Positions 18,210-28,775 are shown, counted from the stretch's first letter. The stretch: 64,000 nucleotides of DNA from Desulfosudaceae bacterium (GCA_963674745.2 CAXXDV010000001.1:1184001-1248000), one strand, 5' to 3'. The notes: a model not told the origin generated them from the letters alone. Numbers and translations are program-made.

Positions 18210-19636
18210 TAAACAAGCTCCCTTTTCAGCTTGTTTAATATTTCATCGCTTTTCTTAAATGAAGCATGTAACATATCTATGAGTTCGGCTGTAGTAAGCG
18301 TATCTTCTTCCGTTGCTTTGTGGGGATTCTTGATGTCCAGATCCCAGCCCCGATTGACGATGTTCTCAATGGGCACTTTCCAGGCGAGCTCTGATTCTTT
18401 GCGTTTGTTCCACCATTTTTTGATTGGATCAAATTCCTCGACTTTGATGGGCCTGGTTTTGCTATAGGACTTCTGGTCTTTGGGAAGCTGGTGTTCATAA
18501 TACCAGACTTCTTTGGTGGGTCTACCTTTTTCAAAAAAAAGCAGGTTGGTGGCAACAGAAGCATAGGGCTTAAACACCGAGTTGGGCAGGCGGACAATCG
18601 TATGTAAGTTGCAGTCGGTGAGCCATTTTTCCCGAACACGCTGCTTGACCCCGTCACCAGTCAGGGAGCCGTCCGGCAGCACAATGCCGGCTCGACCGCC
18701 GCTTTTCAACAACCGGATCATTAAAATCAAAAACAGGTCGGCAGATTCCTTGGTGCGAAAATTTTTAGGAAAGTTTGCTTCATACCCATTGGCCACCACA
18801 CCACCAAATGGCGGGTTAGTCAGGATGACATCGACTTTGTCGGCCTGCCTATATTCGTTTAACGGCCGGCTTAACGAATCGTCAAACGAAAGGCGGGGAA
18901 CTTCCATGTCGTGAAGAATTAAATTGGTGGTAGCCAATAAAAATGGCAACGGTTTGTATTCCCAGCCGCAAACATTTTCCTGTAGCTTTTTACGCTGTGA
19001 GGCTCGGGTAATCTGTTGTTTCAAATGCTCGATGGTACAGGTGAGAAAGCCACCGGTGCCGCAAGCCGGATCCAGGATTTTCTCTCCCAGCTGGGGGTCG
19101 ATCATATCAGTAATAAACTGTGTGACCGCCCGGGGGGTATAAAACTCACCGCTTTTGCCGGCGCTTTGCAATTCCTTTAATATGCCTTCATAAATATCAC
19201 CAAACAGATGACGTTCTTCGGCCACATTAAAATCCAGTTCATTGAGCTTGTTCAGCACCCGGCGAAGGTTAATGCCGGACTTCATATAATTATGGTTGCC
19301 GTCAAACACGCTTCGAATGATTAACGCCCGTTTGTTGCCGGTAGAAACATCCAGATTTTTTAAATCCGGAAAGAGCTTCTGATCAACAAAGGCGAGCAAT
19401 TCATCGCCGGTCATACCCTCGTCATCACCAGCCCAGTTGTCCCAGTGATATGTCGCCGGCAAGGGCGAAACATAGTTTTCCTCCAGCAGTTCCAGTTCTT
19501 TTTCCTTGTCCGACAATACTTTTAAAAATATCATCCAGCCCAGTTGTTCGATGCGCTGAGCGTCTCCGTTTAAACCGGTGTCTTCCCACATGATGTTTCG
19601 GATGGTTTTCATCAATCCGCTTAAGTTCAGGCTCAT
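18209..19636 (-). CDS. hsdM: Type I R-M N6-adenine methyltransferase
   Basis: GEFYTPR, DPACGTGGFL, TNPPFG. Confidence 0.95.
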   Translation of the reverse strand: MSLNLSGLMKTIRNIMWEDTGLNGDAQRIEQLGWMIFLKVLSDKEKELELLEENYVSPLPATYHWDNWAGDDEGMTGDELLAFVDQKLFPDLKNLDVSTGNKRALIIRSVFDGNHNYMKSGINLRRVLNKLNELDFNVAEERHLFGDIYEGILKELQSAGKSGEFYTPRAVTQFITDMIDPQLGEKILDPACGTGGFLTCTIEHLKQQITRASQRKKLQENVCGWEYKPLPFLLATTNLILHDMEVPRLSFDDSLSRPLNEYRQADKVDVILTNPPFGGVVANGYEANFPKNFRTKESADLFLILMIRLLKSGGRAGIVLPDGSLTGDGVKQRVREKWLTDCNLHTIVRLPNSVFKPYASVATNLLFFEKGRPTKEVWYYEHQLPKDQKSYSKTRPIKVEEFDPIKKWWNKRKESELAWKVPIENIVNRGWDLDIKNPHKATEEDTLTTAELIDMLHASFKKSDEILNKLKRELV

Positions 19637-19639
19637 TTA

Positions 19640-22144
19640 CTATGCTGCTCCTGTTGTGTATATCTCTTGTTCAAGCTCATTGACCGCTTTAACATAATCG
19701 GCTTTTTCACCAAATTCTCGAATGATCTGTATAGGGGATCCAAATCGGTCAAAGGGTGTAATTTTTAAAATGCTTATATCTTCGATCTGGCTGATACCTT
19801 CATCCGCGTATTTGTCTAATAGAGATTCAAGCACCTTACGTGCGCTTTCGCCGTATTTTGTGAAATAATTTCGCTTTTTAACGTTATTGGCCCGCTCTTT
19901 TCGGGTTAGCGGCGGCATGTCCCAGGCCACATGACAGATAATGTCAAACAGATCACACTCCCGATTAACTGCTTCCAACAGGTCATCCACCAGCACTCCT
20001 TGCTCCCGCAGTTCCTCAACAATGACCTGTTTTTTCTCCGCACCGGTCCATTGACGCAGGAATTCATCTAGACTCCGATATTGGTGTAAAATCTGTTGGC
20101 GAGTAAACTCCTTTAGGCTCATGGTAATTGGTCTGCCTTCCTGGTCAAAATATATTTCACGGGAATATAATTCACTGACGTCCACACCATTGACAAAAAC
20201 CTTGTTAGCCGTCGATCTTACACTTGTGTCCGGTTCATCAGTCAAACCTTCCGGGATTTCCGGATAATCCGTTGATTCAGTATCTTGACCCGGCAACTCC
20301 TCAAAACCGGTTATTTCTTCACCGTCTTCTTCGTCAAGAATAGAGATTTCCGCATTTTCTTCTTCTGTTTCAATATCGCTTATATTTTCATCTTCTTGAA
20401 CCTGTTTAATACGGACCGGGTCGCCGTCAAACGCTGGGTCTGAAAATAGGTCTGTGACATTGCGAAAATCAAGAATCGTAAAATACCTTTTGCCATACTC
20501 TTCGTTAATTCGTGTTCCCCGACCGATAATCTGTTTAAACTCGGTCATGGATTTGATATTGCTGTCCAGCACAATTAGTTTACAGGTCTGTGCATCGATA
20601 CCGGTATTCATGAGTTTTGAAGTGGTAGCGATAACGGGGTGGCACTGATCCGGGTCGATAAAATTATCCAACTCCCGCTTGCCTTCTTCGTCATCCCCGG
20701 TGATTTTCATTACATATTTATCATTTTCTTTAACAAGATCGGCGTTGGCGTTACTGATTTCCCGGCGCATACCGTCCGCATGTTCAATGTCCTGGCAGAA
20801 GACAATCGTTTTTGCAAACCGGTCCGTGCCCTTTAAAAATTCGGTAATCTTTCGAGCCACCAATTCCCGGCGCTCATCAACCACAAGGTTCCTGTCAAAA
20901 TCCGAGCGGTTGTAAAGACGGTCCTCAACGGGATCGCCATTCTTATCCAGATAACCAGCAGGCGGCCGCCAGCCATCGAGGTCAATATCTATACCAATAC
21001 GCACCACGCGGTAAGGCGCAAGAAATCCGTCGCTGATACCCTGACGGAGTGAATAAACGGAAATGGGATCACCAAAATATTCGATATTTGAAACCTCGCT
21101 GGTTTCCTTGGGTGTGGCGGTAAGACCAATATGGGTAGCACTGCTGAAGTAATCCAGAATACGGCGCCAGGCACTATCTTCCGCTGCGCTGCCCCGATGA
21201 CATTCGTCGACAATAACAAGGTCAAAAAAGGAGGGGCTGAAATCTTTATAGGCGTCTTCCGTTTCATTAGCATTGGTCAGGCCCTGGTAAAGGCCAAGAT
21301 ATATTTCATAAGCCTTATCTGATGAATCTATGCCTCGTTTCTTGTTTGAAACCAGAAACTCTTTCCCATCATCTCTAGTGATCACAGTTTTTTTGATGAC
21401 GGTCATTTTGTCTTTGAAATGTTTAAAATCATTTCTGCGAGGCTGATCAATAAGTGCTGTCCGATCGGCTAAAAAAAGTATTCTTTTTTTTGCGCCGGAT
21501 TTCCACAAGCGATGAATTATCTGAAATGCAGTATAGGTTTTTCCGGTTCCGGTGGCCATAACCAGCAGAATCCGATTTTCTCCTCTGGCGATTGCTTCGA
21601 CTGTTCGGTTAATGGCGATCTGTTGATAATAGCGTGGGGTTTTCCCGCTGCCGTCAAAAAAATAATCCTGGGAGGCGATCCTTTCTTGTTCCGGGGTATT
21701 GATGCCCTTGTATTTTTTATAAATCTTCCAGAGTTCAGCTGGGCCGGGAAACTGGTCGTTGGTCAATTCTTTTTCTATGATTTCCTTTGCGGTGCGGTCG
21801 TGGAAGATAAACCCATCACCGTTGCTGCTAAAAACACAGGGGATGTCCAGAATCCGGGCATATTCCAATGCCTGCTGCATACCGGCACCAATTGGATGGT
21901 TATTCTCCTTGGCCTCGATAACCGCAACAGGGATATTGGGCTTATAGTATAAAATATAATCCGCACGCTTCCTTTTACCTCGCGCAGTCAAGTGTCCTCG
22001 GACATAAATCCGCCCATCGGTGAAGGGAAACTCTTCCCGGACTTGTGTTTGAATATTCCACCCAGCCTGTTCTATGGCAGGAGTGATAAATTTAGTGCAA
22101 ATGTCACGTTCAGTAAGGGATTTTTTATCTGTTTTATCGTTCAT
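19640..22144 (-). CDS. hsdR: Type I restriction endonuclease R subunit (EcoAI/EcoEI-like)
   Basis: ADYIL..IEAK nuclease, MATGTGKT, DECHRG, LTATP, QIIGRGTR. Likely start MNDKTD. Confidence 0.95.
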   Translation of the reverse strand: MNDKTDKKSLTERDICTKFITPAIEQAGWNIQTQVREEFPFTDGRIYVRGHLTARGKRKRADYILYYKPNIPVAVIEAKENNHPIGAGMQQALEYARILDIPCVFSSNGDGFIFHDRTAKEIIEKELTNDQFPGPAELWKIYKKYKGINTPEQERIASQDYFFDGSGKTPRYYQQIAINRTVEAIARGENRILLVMATGTGKTYTAFQIIHRLWKSGAKKRILFLADRTALIDQPRRNDFKHFKDKMTVIKKTVITRDDGKEFLVSNKKRGIDSSDKAYEIYLGLYQGLTNANETEDAYKDFSPSFFDLVIVDECHRGSAAEDSAWRRILDYFSSATHIGLTATPKETSEVSNIEYFGDPISVYSLRQGISDGFLAPYRVVRIGIDIDLDGWRPPAGYLDKNGDPVEDRLYNRSDFDRNLVVDERRELVARKITEFLKGTDRFAKTIVFCQDIEHADGMRREISNANADLVKENDKYVMKITGDDEEGKRELDNFIDPDQCHPVIATTSKLMNTGIDAQTCKLIVLDSNIKSMTEFKQIIGRGTRINEEYGKRYFTILDFRNVTDLFSDPAFDGDPVRIKQVQEDENISDIETEEENAEISILDEEDGEEITGFEELPGQDTESTDYPEIPEGLTDEPDTSVRSTANKVFVNGVDVSELYSREIYFDQEGRPITMSLKEFTRQQILHQYRSLDEFLRQWTGAEKKQVIVEELREQGVLVDDLLEAVNRECDLFDIICHVAWDMPPLTRKERANNVKKRNYFTKYGESARKVLESLLDKYADEGISQIEDISILKITPFDRFGSPIQIIREFGEKADYVKAVNELEQEIYTTGAA

Positions 22145-22278
22145 TTGAATATAATATTTGCATAGAACGTAATAATTTGAAAGTATTATAATTAAACTCA
22201 ATATTATTACAAATTTAAATTGAGTTAAAGGCTAACTTATAATTACTTCTGCATTATTATATCCAATTTGAGGTTATA

Positions 22279-22650
22279 ATGGGTTCTCACACTCGCAAAT
22301 CGACTTCAGTTAAAAGACAAAAAACCGTAAAAGAGACCCCTTCTAATCGTCCAGATAACATCGGTAAACGGCGCCGGATCACTTCAATTTGGGGAACAAA
22401 ACGATACATGGTTATTGAAGATGAGATACTTCATCAACAATCCAATGCACCCAATAAGCTGATTGCTTTTCAGCGTATTCGATTTGAAGATGATAATCAG
22501 ATTGAGTACCGACTTGGATATTACATGATTGGCGTGAAACCTGGAGCAAAGGGTCGGTGGGTGTGGGGGCAGTTTTGTCTTCTACTCCCTGAACGTGATC
22601 TTAAAGCGATTATGAAAAAAGCTGAAAAGAAAGGATGGTTTAAATTTTGA
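22279..22650 (+). CDS. Hypothetical protein
   Basis: GAGGT RBS; 123 aa; basic and aromatic C-terminal half. Confidence 0.6.
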   Translation: MGSHTRKSTSVKRQKTVKETPSNRPDNIGKRRRITSIWGTKRYMVIEDEILHQQSNAPNKLIAFQRIRFEDDNQIEYRLGYYMIGVKPGAKGRWVWGQFCLLLPERDLKAIMKKAEKKGWFKF

Positions 22651-22681
22651 GTGAAAATAGCGGTTGATTTATTTTTATTGG

Positions 22682-22945
22682 TTATTTCAGAAACGCTCTG
22701 ATCTTTTCTCCCATATCATCTGCTATCGTTTTACATGTAGTTTGTATTTGGGGTTCTAATTCATCCGGATCGTTTCCATATTCTCTATAGAGTCCGGAAG
22801 CCATAAGGCTGGCTATAAAGACCGTAACGGTATTGTAAATCTGCTGTTCATCAGTTCCATCTATACCTATTTTTTTAAATAATTGGCCAAAGGCGTTAAA
22901 CAGTTGATCAAGGTCCATTTCGAAACCGTCAATATCGATTATCAT
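22682..22945 (-). CDS. Hypothetical acidic protein
   Basis: AAGGA RBS; 87 aa. Confidence 0.5.
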   Translation of the reverse strand: MIIDIDGFEMDLDQLFNAFGQLFKKIGIDGTDEQQIYNTVTVFIASLMASGLYREYGNDPDELEPQIQTTCKTIADDMGEKIRAFLK

Positions 22946-23200
22946 AGGAGATTCCTTTGTGGGAGATTATGGTTCAGGTAAATTAAAGTGAATCGGATAA
23001 AACCGGTCTTTCCTTTTTGGTGATCTTTTAGAGCTCAAAAGCCTTATAGTGATAAGCTGATTAAATAAATAAACTTTTTAAATTTCCAATAAAGTTAAGA
23101 TTTCAATCTTAAAAACGTGGGCGGCGGGAGTCGAACCAAACACCTGGGATACTATCTATCTGATTTAACCTTATATTTTGTGATTGTTTAACTGTTCTAT

Positions 23201-24355
23201 TTAAATACGACTAAAGTCCCTTAGTGCTTGACGCCATGGCCTGAGCCAGCGACCATCATTTCGAGGTTCGTCCATAAGTATATCTTCATCCTCAATATCT
23301 TGCCAATTGCGTTCCGCAGAAATTAACCATTCCCTTACCAAGGATAGTCCATCATCAGTAACATCTTGCTCTGTTTTTCCAAACCAACTTAAATATTGAC
23401 GCCAGCTTTTTGCTACCCACGCTTGATCGGGATTTTCATCTAAATGATTCAATACTGCTATTCCTGAACTACTACCAGAATGGTTTCCACCTATAAGATG
23501 TCCGAAGTTATTATTCTGAAGACGGCGAATATCTGCTTCTCTAAGAAATGCTAATAAGTTATGTTCAAACCAGTATGGTAATTGACCGCCACCTCCACCG
23601 GGAGGTTCTTCAAACCGTGATGTTGTAAATCTTCTCAGATTGAAATATTTACTTGTACAACAATTAGTTGCTCCTGCTGCTTTAAACAAAATCATATCCG
23701 ATGATGAATATGCCACTGTAACTGGCGCAGATCGTTCGAGTAAGGAGATTAATAACATTAAATTTAATAACCCGTCAGAATCGGTTATTTCTCTGCGGGG
23801 TTCAATATCAGTATAAACAACGATATAAAACCCATCCGTATCATATCTCGTTAGAATACTAGCGATTTCTCTTACGTGGTCTCCATTTTCTAACTCAGCG
23901 AGTGAAACTAAACAAGTTGTAAAAACATCAATACCAGAAGGAATACGGTTGTCAAAAATATGGCTTACTTCGGTGCAGGTGTCATAAAAATCTAAACTAA
24001 ATCTTCTTGGCATTAATACTGGAGAGATAACTGCATCTATATCCAGTTCTTCTGAAAATTTAGCTAGCTCGTCTATCACTTCATTCCATCCTTCAGGGGT
24101 ACTAAAATCTGCGGTATCAAAAACCTCGGGGAAATATGGCTGAAGGATTAGATTTTCTCGCTCCGCTCTAGGATAGTACAATTGGGGATCAAGTATTATA
24201 TCATAACTTCCTCTCTCTCTAAAAATTGGAATGTCTTCTCGCAGCCTATCAGGGTCCCGGTTTACGGGACTTAAAATAATACCCTCAAACTCTTCAAGGT
24301 CTTCCTCTCCAACTAAATTCTCAGTATTATGCCCCATTTGTAAATATGCGCTCAT
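23201..24355 (-). CDS. Uncharacterised acidic protein, possible TIM-barrel fold
   Basis: LQMGH, GIILSP, LDPQLYYP; alternating beta/alpha pattern; ATGA-coupled to the kinase. Confidence 0.7.
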   Translation of the reverse strand: MSAYLQMGHNTENLVGEEDLEEFEGIILSPVNRDPDRLREDIPIFRERGSYDIILDPQLYYPRAERENLILQPYFPEVFDTADFSTPEGWNEVIDELAKFSEELDIDAVISPVLMPRRFSLDFYDTCTEVSHIFDNRIPSGIDVFTTCLVSLAELENGDHVREIASILTRYDTDGFYIVVYTDIEPRREITDSDGLLNLMLLISLLERSAPVTVAYSSSDMILFKAAGATNCCTSKYFNLRRFTTSRFEEPPGGGGGQLPYWFEHNLLAFLREADIRRLQNNNFGHLIGGNHSGSSSGIAVLNHLDENPDQAWVAKSWRQYLSWFGKTEQDVTDDGLSLVREWLISAERNWQDIEDEDILMDEPRNDGRWLRPWRQALRDFSRI

Positions 24356-25224
24356 TTTGTCAGCTCCTTTTTATTTTCTTCCACTTCCTTAAGGATCTGT
24401 TCTGGGTGAGAAAATCTGTCTACTGGCCAAGCTGAAATCATTTTTGGCAAAAATCCACAACCGCATTCCAAAGCTTTTGTGCAGAATACATCGCAGCAAT
24501 CAGCACGGCCCATAACCTTGTCAACTGCTTGGATAGGAGTTTCTCCGTCCCCTTGATAAGGGTGTTTTCCGATTAGACAAAAACCCAATACAACACCTAT
24601 TGAAAATTGATCGGAACGCCAATCAATTAGTTTTTTTTCATTATTCAATTGTTCCGGCGAAGCATATAAAGGAGTTCCTGGGCCATGATTTAGGTGGGTA
24701 CGTGTTAAGGAAACATCTGTAAGGATTCGCACCAATCCAAAGTCAACAATAACAGGATGTTCGTTTTCAGCTCTAAACATTATGTTTTCAGGTTTGATAT
24801 CACGATGTACAAGTGATTTTTCTTTTAAATGTGAAATTGCTTTTATGAGTGCTGTGCAATAATCACAAATTTGTGCAGGTATGGGATTGGCCTCAAGCAA
24901 CTTATCTGCCAGTGTTCCTCCTGAAAAATACTCCTCTAGTACAAATAAAAAAGTGACATCATCTTCAGTTTTGTGACGTCCCCATCCATATAATTTTCCT
25001 ATAAAATCAGAGTCACACTGCTTCATTGCCTCAATTTCTCTTTCAGCCCTAAATAAATTACATTTATCAGGGTCGAAAATCTTAAGGGCCACAGGAAAGT
25101 TATCTTTTGTTCTAGTCAAATAGGCTTCCTTATATGCGCCATGACCAATATATGACGGTTCTGTAAAAGAATGTTCATCACAAATTCCTTGTGCTATGGC
25201 TTTAAAACGTTCTTCCTCTGGCAT
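24352..25224 (-). CDS. Hanks-type Ser/Thr protein kinase
   Basis: GHGAYK, VALK, HRDIKPEN, DFG, GTPLYASPEQ. Confidence 0.93.
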   Translation of the reverse strand: MPEEERFKAIAQGICDEHSFTEPSYIGHGAYKEAYLTRTKDNFPVALKIFDPDKCNLFRAEREIEAMKQCDSDFIGKLYGWGRHKTEDDVTFLFVLEEYFSGGTLADKLLEANPIPAQICDYCTALIKAISHLKEKSLVHRDIKPENIMFRAENEHPVIVDFGLVRILTDVSLTRTHLNHGPGTPLYASPEQLNNEKKLIDWRSDQFSIGVVLGFCLIGKHPYQGDGETPIQAVDKVMGRADCCDVFCTKALECGCGFLPKMISAWPVDRFSHPEQILKEVEENKKELTK

Positions 25225-25643
25225 TAGCCTTCTCCGTTCATATACTTAACAGCTATTTCTGTAAGCCAAGGACGCAAAGGCTCTGCACATTTAGCCTTTA
25301 TTTCAATATTAATTCCCGATTCATCTACAGAAATCAAACCGATACCGCGCCTGACAAATTCATGTGTCTGTTTAGCAGCTCTTAATGCTGTGGTTGAAGG
25401 GACAACCACATATGAATAATGTGCAAAGCTTGAATTTCTATATGCCTGATACAAAGCTTGTTTCCACTTTTCCAGTTTCATTTCAAAAGCTATCAAATTG
25501 TCATTTTGATCACTTATAATTACATCGGTACGGCCCTCTTTATAGTAAAACTCCTCTGCTATGCATTTGAGGGTAAAGGGTGAACCCTCATCCTCTAATG
25601 CGGTATTGAAAATTTGTGTGAGGTTACGCTCATTTTCAAACAT
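25224..25643 (-). CDS. Small PD-(D/E)xK nuclease-fold protein
   Basis: E..EEF..GRTDV..AFEMKL..WKQALYQA. Likely start MFENER; TAATG overlap with the kinase. Confidence 0.7.
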   Translation of the reverse strand: MFENERNLTQIFNTALEDEGSPFTLKCIAEEFYYKEGRTDVIISDQNDNLIAFEMKLEKWKQALYQAYRNSSFAHYSYVVVPSTTALRAAKQTHEFVRRGIGLISVDESGINIEIKAKCAEPLRPWLTEIAVKYMNGEG

Positions 25644-25795
25644 ATATTCGCCTATAATAATATATCTTATGATTATATATTGTGTTGAGACAAAGCCAAC
25701 ATCATTCAATATTTTTGGGTTATATGCAGCTTTTGCATGCAGCTATCACTCAAATTCCCCTTTGATTTATTCCTTTTTAGTGACTAACAATTTAA

Positions 25796-27129
25796 GGTTC
25801 TTCTCCCAATTAGTGGGAGGAGTTAAGCTGCTAATAAAAAATGGACATCATCAGTTCTTTCTTCTATCCAGAAAGTTGAGAGACAATTCTGGAAGAAAGG
25901 AGACCGATGATGTCCGCTATGAGTATAAAGCCCTATCTCCCTTTTTGTCGAGTCCGTTTTACAAAACAAACGGTTTCTGACGCCGGAGATATGGCGATGA
26001 TAATTGCCGAGCCAGACGAGCGCTATCGCCCTATTTGTTATAGTTGCGGCAGCCCGGCTCAAGGCGTTCATGACCAGGCCAGACGTCCGTTGCGGGATTT
26101 GAACCTTGGGGCCGCAAATGTATGGATCAACTGCAGATATCGTAAAATTTATTGCCCCCGTTGCCAGGGTATTCGGGTTGAAGACCTGGACTTTTTCAAT
26201 CCGTACCAGCGGGTTACCAAAAGACTGGCCCTTTATATCCATGAGTTGTGTAAGATTTTGACGGTCTCTGAAGTGGCCGCGCATTTGGAGCTCAACTGGA
26301 AGACGGTCAAAAATATTGATAAAAACTTTTTGGAAGAATCGTTTGGAAGGACGGACTACAGCGACTTGAGCATACTGGCGGTTGATGAAATCGCCATCCA
26401 TAAAGGCCATACGTATATGACTGTTGTTTTGGACTATCAAACCGGTCGGGTGGTATGGCTTGGCAGGGGCCGATCCGTGGAGACGCTTCAAGTCTTTTTC
26501 GCCGGCATGAGCCAGGAACAGAAACAGGCGCTGGAAGCCATCGCCATGGATATGTGGGATCCTTACATTAAAACGGTTCGAGAGAATGTGCCTCATGTAA
26601 AGATCGTGTTTGATCTTTTTCATGTGGTTCACGCATTTAATAAGGTGATCGACAAAGTTCGAATAGAAGAGTTTAGAAAAGCGACGAAGCCGGACCAGGC
26701 GATATACAAAGGAACCAAGTATTTGCTGCTGTCCAATCCCCAGAATATTCATAGCAGTGAGGCCCGGCAGCATTTGCGGCAGCTTCTTGAAATTAATGAA
26801 ACCATATCTACGGTCATGATTTTGAAAGATTGTCTGAAGCGAATATGGGACTATCAAAAAAGGGGCTGGGCCAAAAAGAGATTGGATGAATGGTGTGCCC
26901 TGGCCAGAACGGTGAGCCACAGGCCCGTACAGAAATTTGCCGACATGCTTGAAAGGCACGCTTACGGCATCCTGAACCATTGCGATTATCCGATTCATAC
27001 CAGTAAAATAGAAGGTGTTAATAATAAAATTAAGGTCATAAAACGAAAATCCTATGGATTTCATGACGATAGATACTTTACATTAAAGGTCATACAGGCC
27101 TTTTCCTCCCACTAATTGGGAGAAGAACC
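25796..27129 (+). mobile_element. Intact ISL3-family insertion sequence (1334 bp)
   Basis: Perfect 26-bp IRs GGTTCTTCTCCCAATTAGTGGGAGGA (25796-25821 and 27104-27129); 8-bp TSD CAATTTAA on both sides. Confidence 0.95.
25907..27115 (+). CDS. ISL3 transposase
   Basis: Zn finger CYSC/CPRC, AVDE, MDMW, FDLFHVV, EGVNNKIKVIKRKSYG. Confidence 0.95.
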   Translation: MMSAMSIKPYLPFCRVRFTKQTVSDAGDMAMIIAEPDERYRPICYSCGSPAQGVHDQARRPLRDLNLGAANVWINCRYRKIYCPRCQGIRVEDLDFFNPYQRVTKRLALYIHELCKILTVSEVAAHLELNWKTVKNIDKNFLEESFGRTDYSDLSILAVDEIAIHKGHTYMTVVLDYQTGRVVWLGRGRSVETLQVFFAGMSQEQKQALEAIAMDMWDPYIKTVRENVPHVKIVFDLFHVVHAFNKVIDKVRIEEFRKATKPDQAIYKGTKYLLLSNPQNIHSSEARQHLRQLLEINETISTVMILKDCLKRIWDYQKRGWAKKRLDEWCALARTVSHRPVQKFADMLERHAYGILNHCDYPIHTSKIEGVNNKIKVIKRKSYGFHDDRYFTLKVIQAFSSH

Positions 27130-27149
27130 CAATTTAATAACCTTGCGCC

Positions 27150-27431
27150 TATTCTCTAGTGCCTCTGTTATCCTCGCAGGATGCCTCTTTGCGTAACGCC
27201 TTGTCTTTTCCGACTTGGTATGCCCCATCTCGTACAAAGACAAGGTCCTTTCTGATCCAGTAGTTGACAGCCGGCTGAATGTCGTACAGCATTATTGAGC
27301 TTACAATTTATCTTTGTCTCTTTGCTGGCCTGCCGCCAGATAGCATTTATATGTTTACTGGTGTAGGATTTGCCATCTTCACGAACATAAACAAATGGTA
27401 AAAAATGTGCTTCCAGGCTGCCCAAAATCAT
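27150..27431 (-). pseudogene. Frameshifted tyrosine integrase C-terminal remnant
   Basis: NAVRHSAGCQLL in one frame, MGHTKSEKTRRYAKR in another; boundaries approximate. Confidence 0.7.
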
Positions 27432-27883
27432 TTTTGCCTATTCGGTCAATTCAAAAGAATGATTACCTCTACTGATAATCTCATCTCTGATGACTATGAC
27501 ATCCTCAGGTGCTTCTATTCCGAGTTTTACCTGGTCTTGTTTTTTTGTGGTTTTAATGACTTTGATTTATTAGAATTTTATAACCGATTCTTGTGTTTTG
27601 TCAATGGATTATCGTAAATTTAACATAAGATCTTGTGCTTAAGCCGATAATGTCACAAAATATCGATTCGAATTTTAAATAAGAGATAAGGGGTATAATT
27701 GATGAGCTTAAGAGGTTTCTCAACTCTATGTCTTTTGTGGCAACATATTTTAGAAAACCCATTCCCCAGAAATGAGTCTTCTTATTATAATTCTTCTTGG
27801 TTTCAGTTGATTCAAAGGATTAATAGCGGTGAAAAATCGGTTATATAATAATTTTTCATGATTTAATACATTATCGAGATAAG

Positions 27884-28621
27884 TTACATATAAATATCTC
27901 TATAGGCGTTAATAAATTCGTTTGTTAGTGCATAGATATCGTGACCTTTTCTCGGGTCCTCCTTCCCATCTTTAATATCAATCCTTCCCAATGAAATCCA
28001 AAACGGTTTGGAGTCATCGATTAAGAATAATTTGTTTTTCTTGGGTTTTATTTGGCTTTCGAACACATCTTTGAAATTTCCTGTCACTAACACATTATAA
28101 TCCACATATATTTTATTAAGAGATTCCAACCGTGAAACAGAATTGGCAACAATTCCGTAAATAAAATCCTTTGAAAATGTCAGTTTGTTTTTTTTAAATG
28201 TGGTTCTTTCAACCGTACTACCTCCAGTATGGATTGCGAACCCATAATCTAGTTTAGGGAAGGTCTTTTTTTGCTTTAAATATTTTTGTCTTAAATATTT
28301 ATTATGATTTGGTAATTTCTTATCCAAAAACTCTTTTATATAAAGAGTCATTTTTAAGGCTGTCAAGGCATGATTCTTATCCCAAAACAGACAGATATAT
28401 CCATCACCAGTATCATTCAGGGCAAATTTTGCAGGCTTACAGTTATCATAAAGCGTCTTGTAAACAAATTTGTTTAGATTCATCATAAAGTTAATATGCA
28501 CAATCAATCGTTTATCCCAACTTATCGTTCTTGTAATATTAGTTGAATTCCGTAAATCAAAAATAAACGCTGTTGATCCAGCATTATCCTGATTTCCGAT
28601 TGAATTTACAGTTACTTTCAT
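27884..28621 (-). CDS. Stand-alone class III nucleotide cyclase domain protein
   Basis: FIFDLRNST, TGDG, GFAIHTG, YGIVANSVSRLES. Confidence 0.75.
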   Translation of the reverse strand: MKVTVNSIGNQDNAGSTAFIFDLRNSTNITRTISWDKRLIVHINFMMNLNKFVYKTLYDNCKPAKFALNDTGDGYICLFWDKNHALTALKMTLYIKEFLDKKLPNHNKYLRQKYLKQKKTFPKLDYGFAIHTGGSTVERTTFKKNKLTFSKDFIYGIVANSVSRLESLNKIYVDYNVLVTGNFKDVFESQIKPKKNKLFLIDDSKPFWISLGRIDIKDGKEDPRKGHDIYALTNEFINAYRDIYM

Positions 28622-28775
28622 AATGACATCCTTAATTATTATCGTTTAATTGCTTATATAACACGTTATCCATTATAATCAATCCCTTCTATATATATAA
28701 ATATATGAAAGGACGACCATTCTTCAACGCATTCCGCTAAAATGCCGCCAAAAATCAGCCAAAAAAGGGGGTAAA

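Noticed and set aside
25823..27064. 413-aa ORF antisense to the ISL3 transposase
   Set aside because: Shadow frame of the transposase; no recognisable motifs
27884..28621. Complete Pycsar system
   Set aside because: No adjacent TM or TIR effector gene
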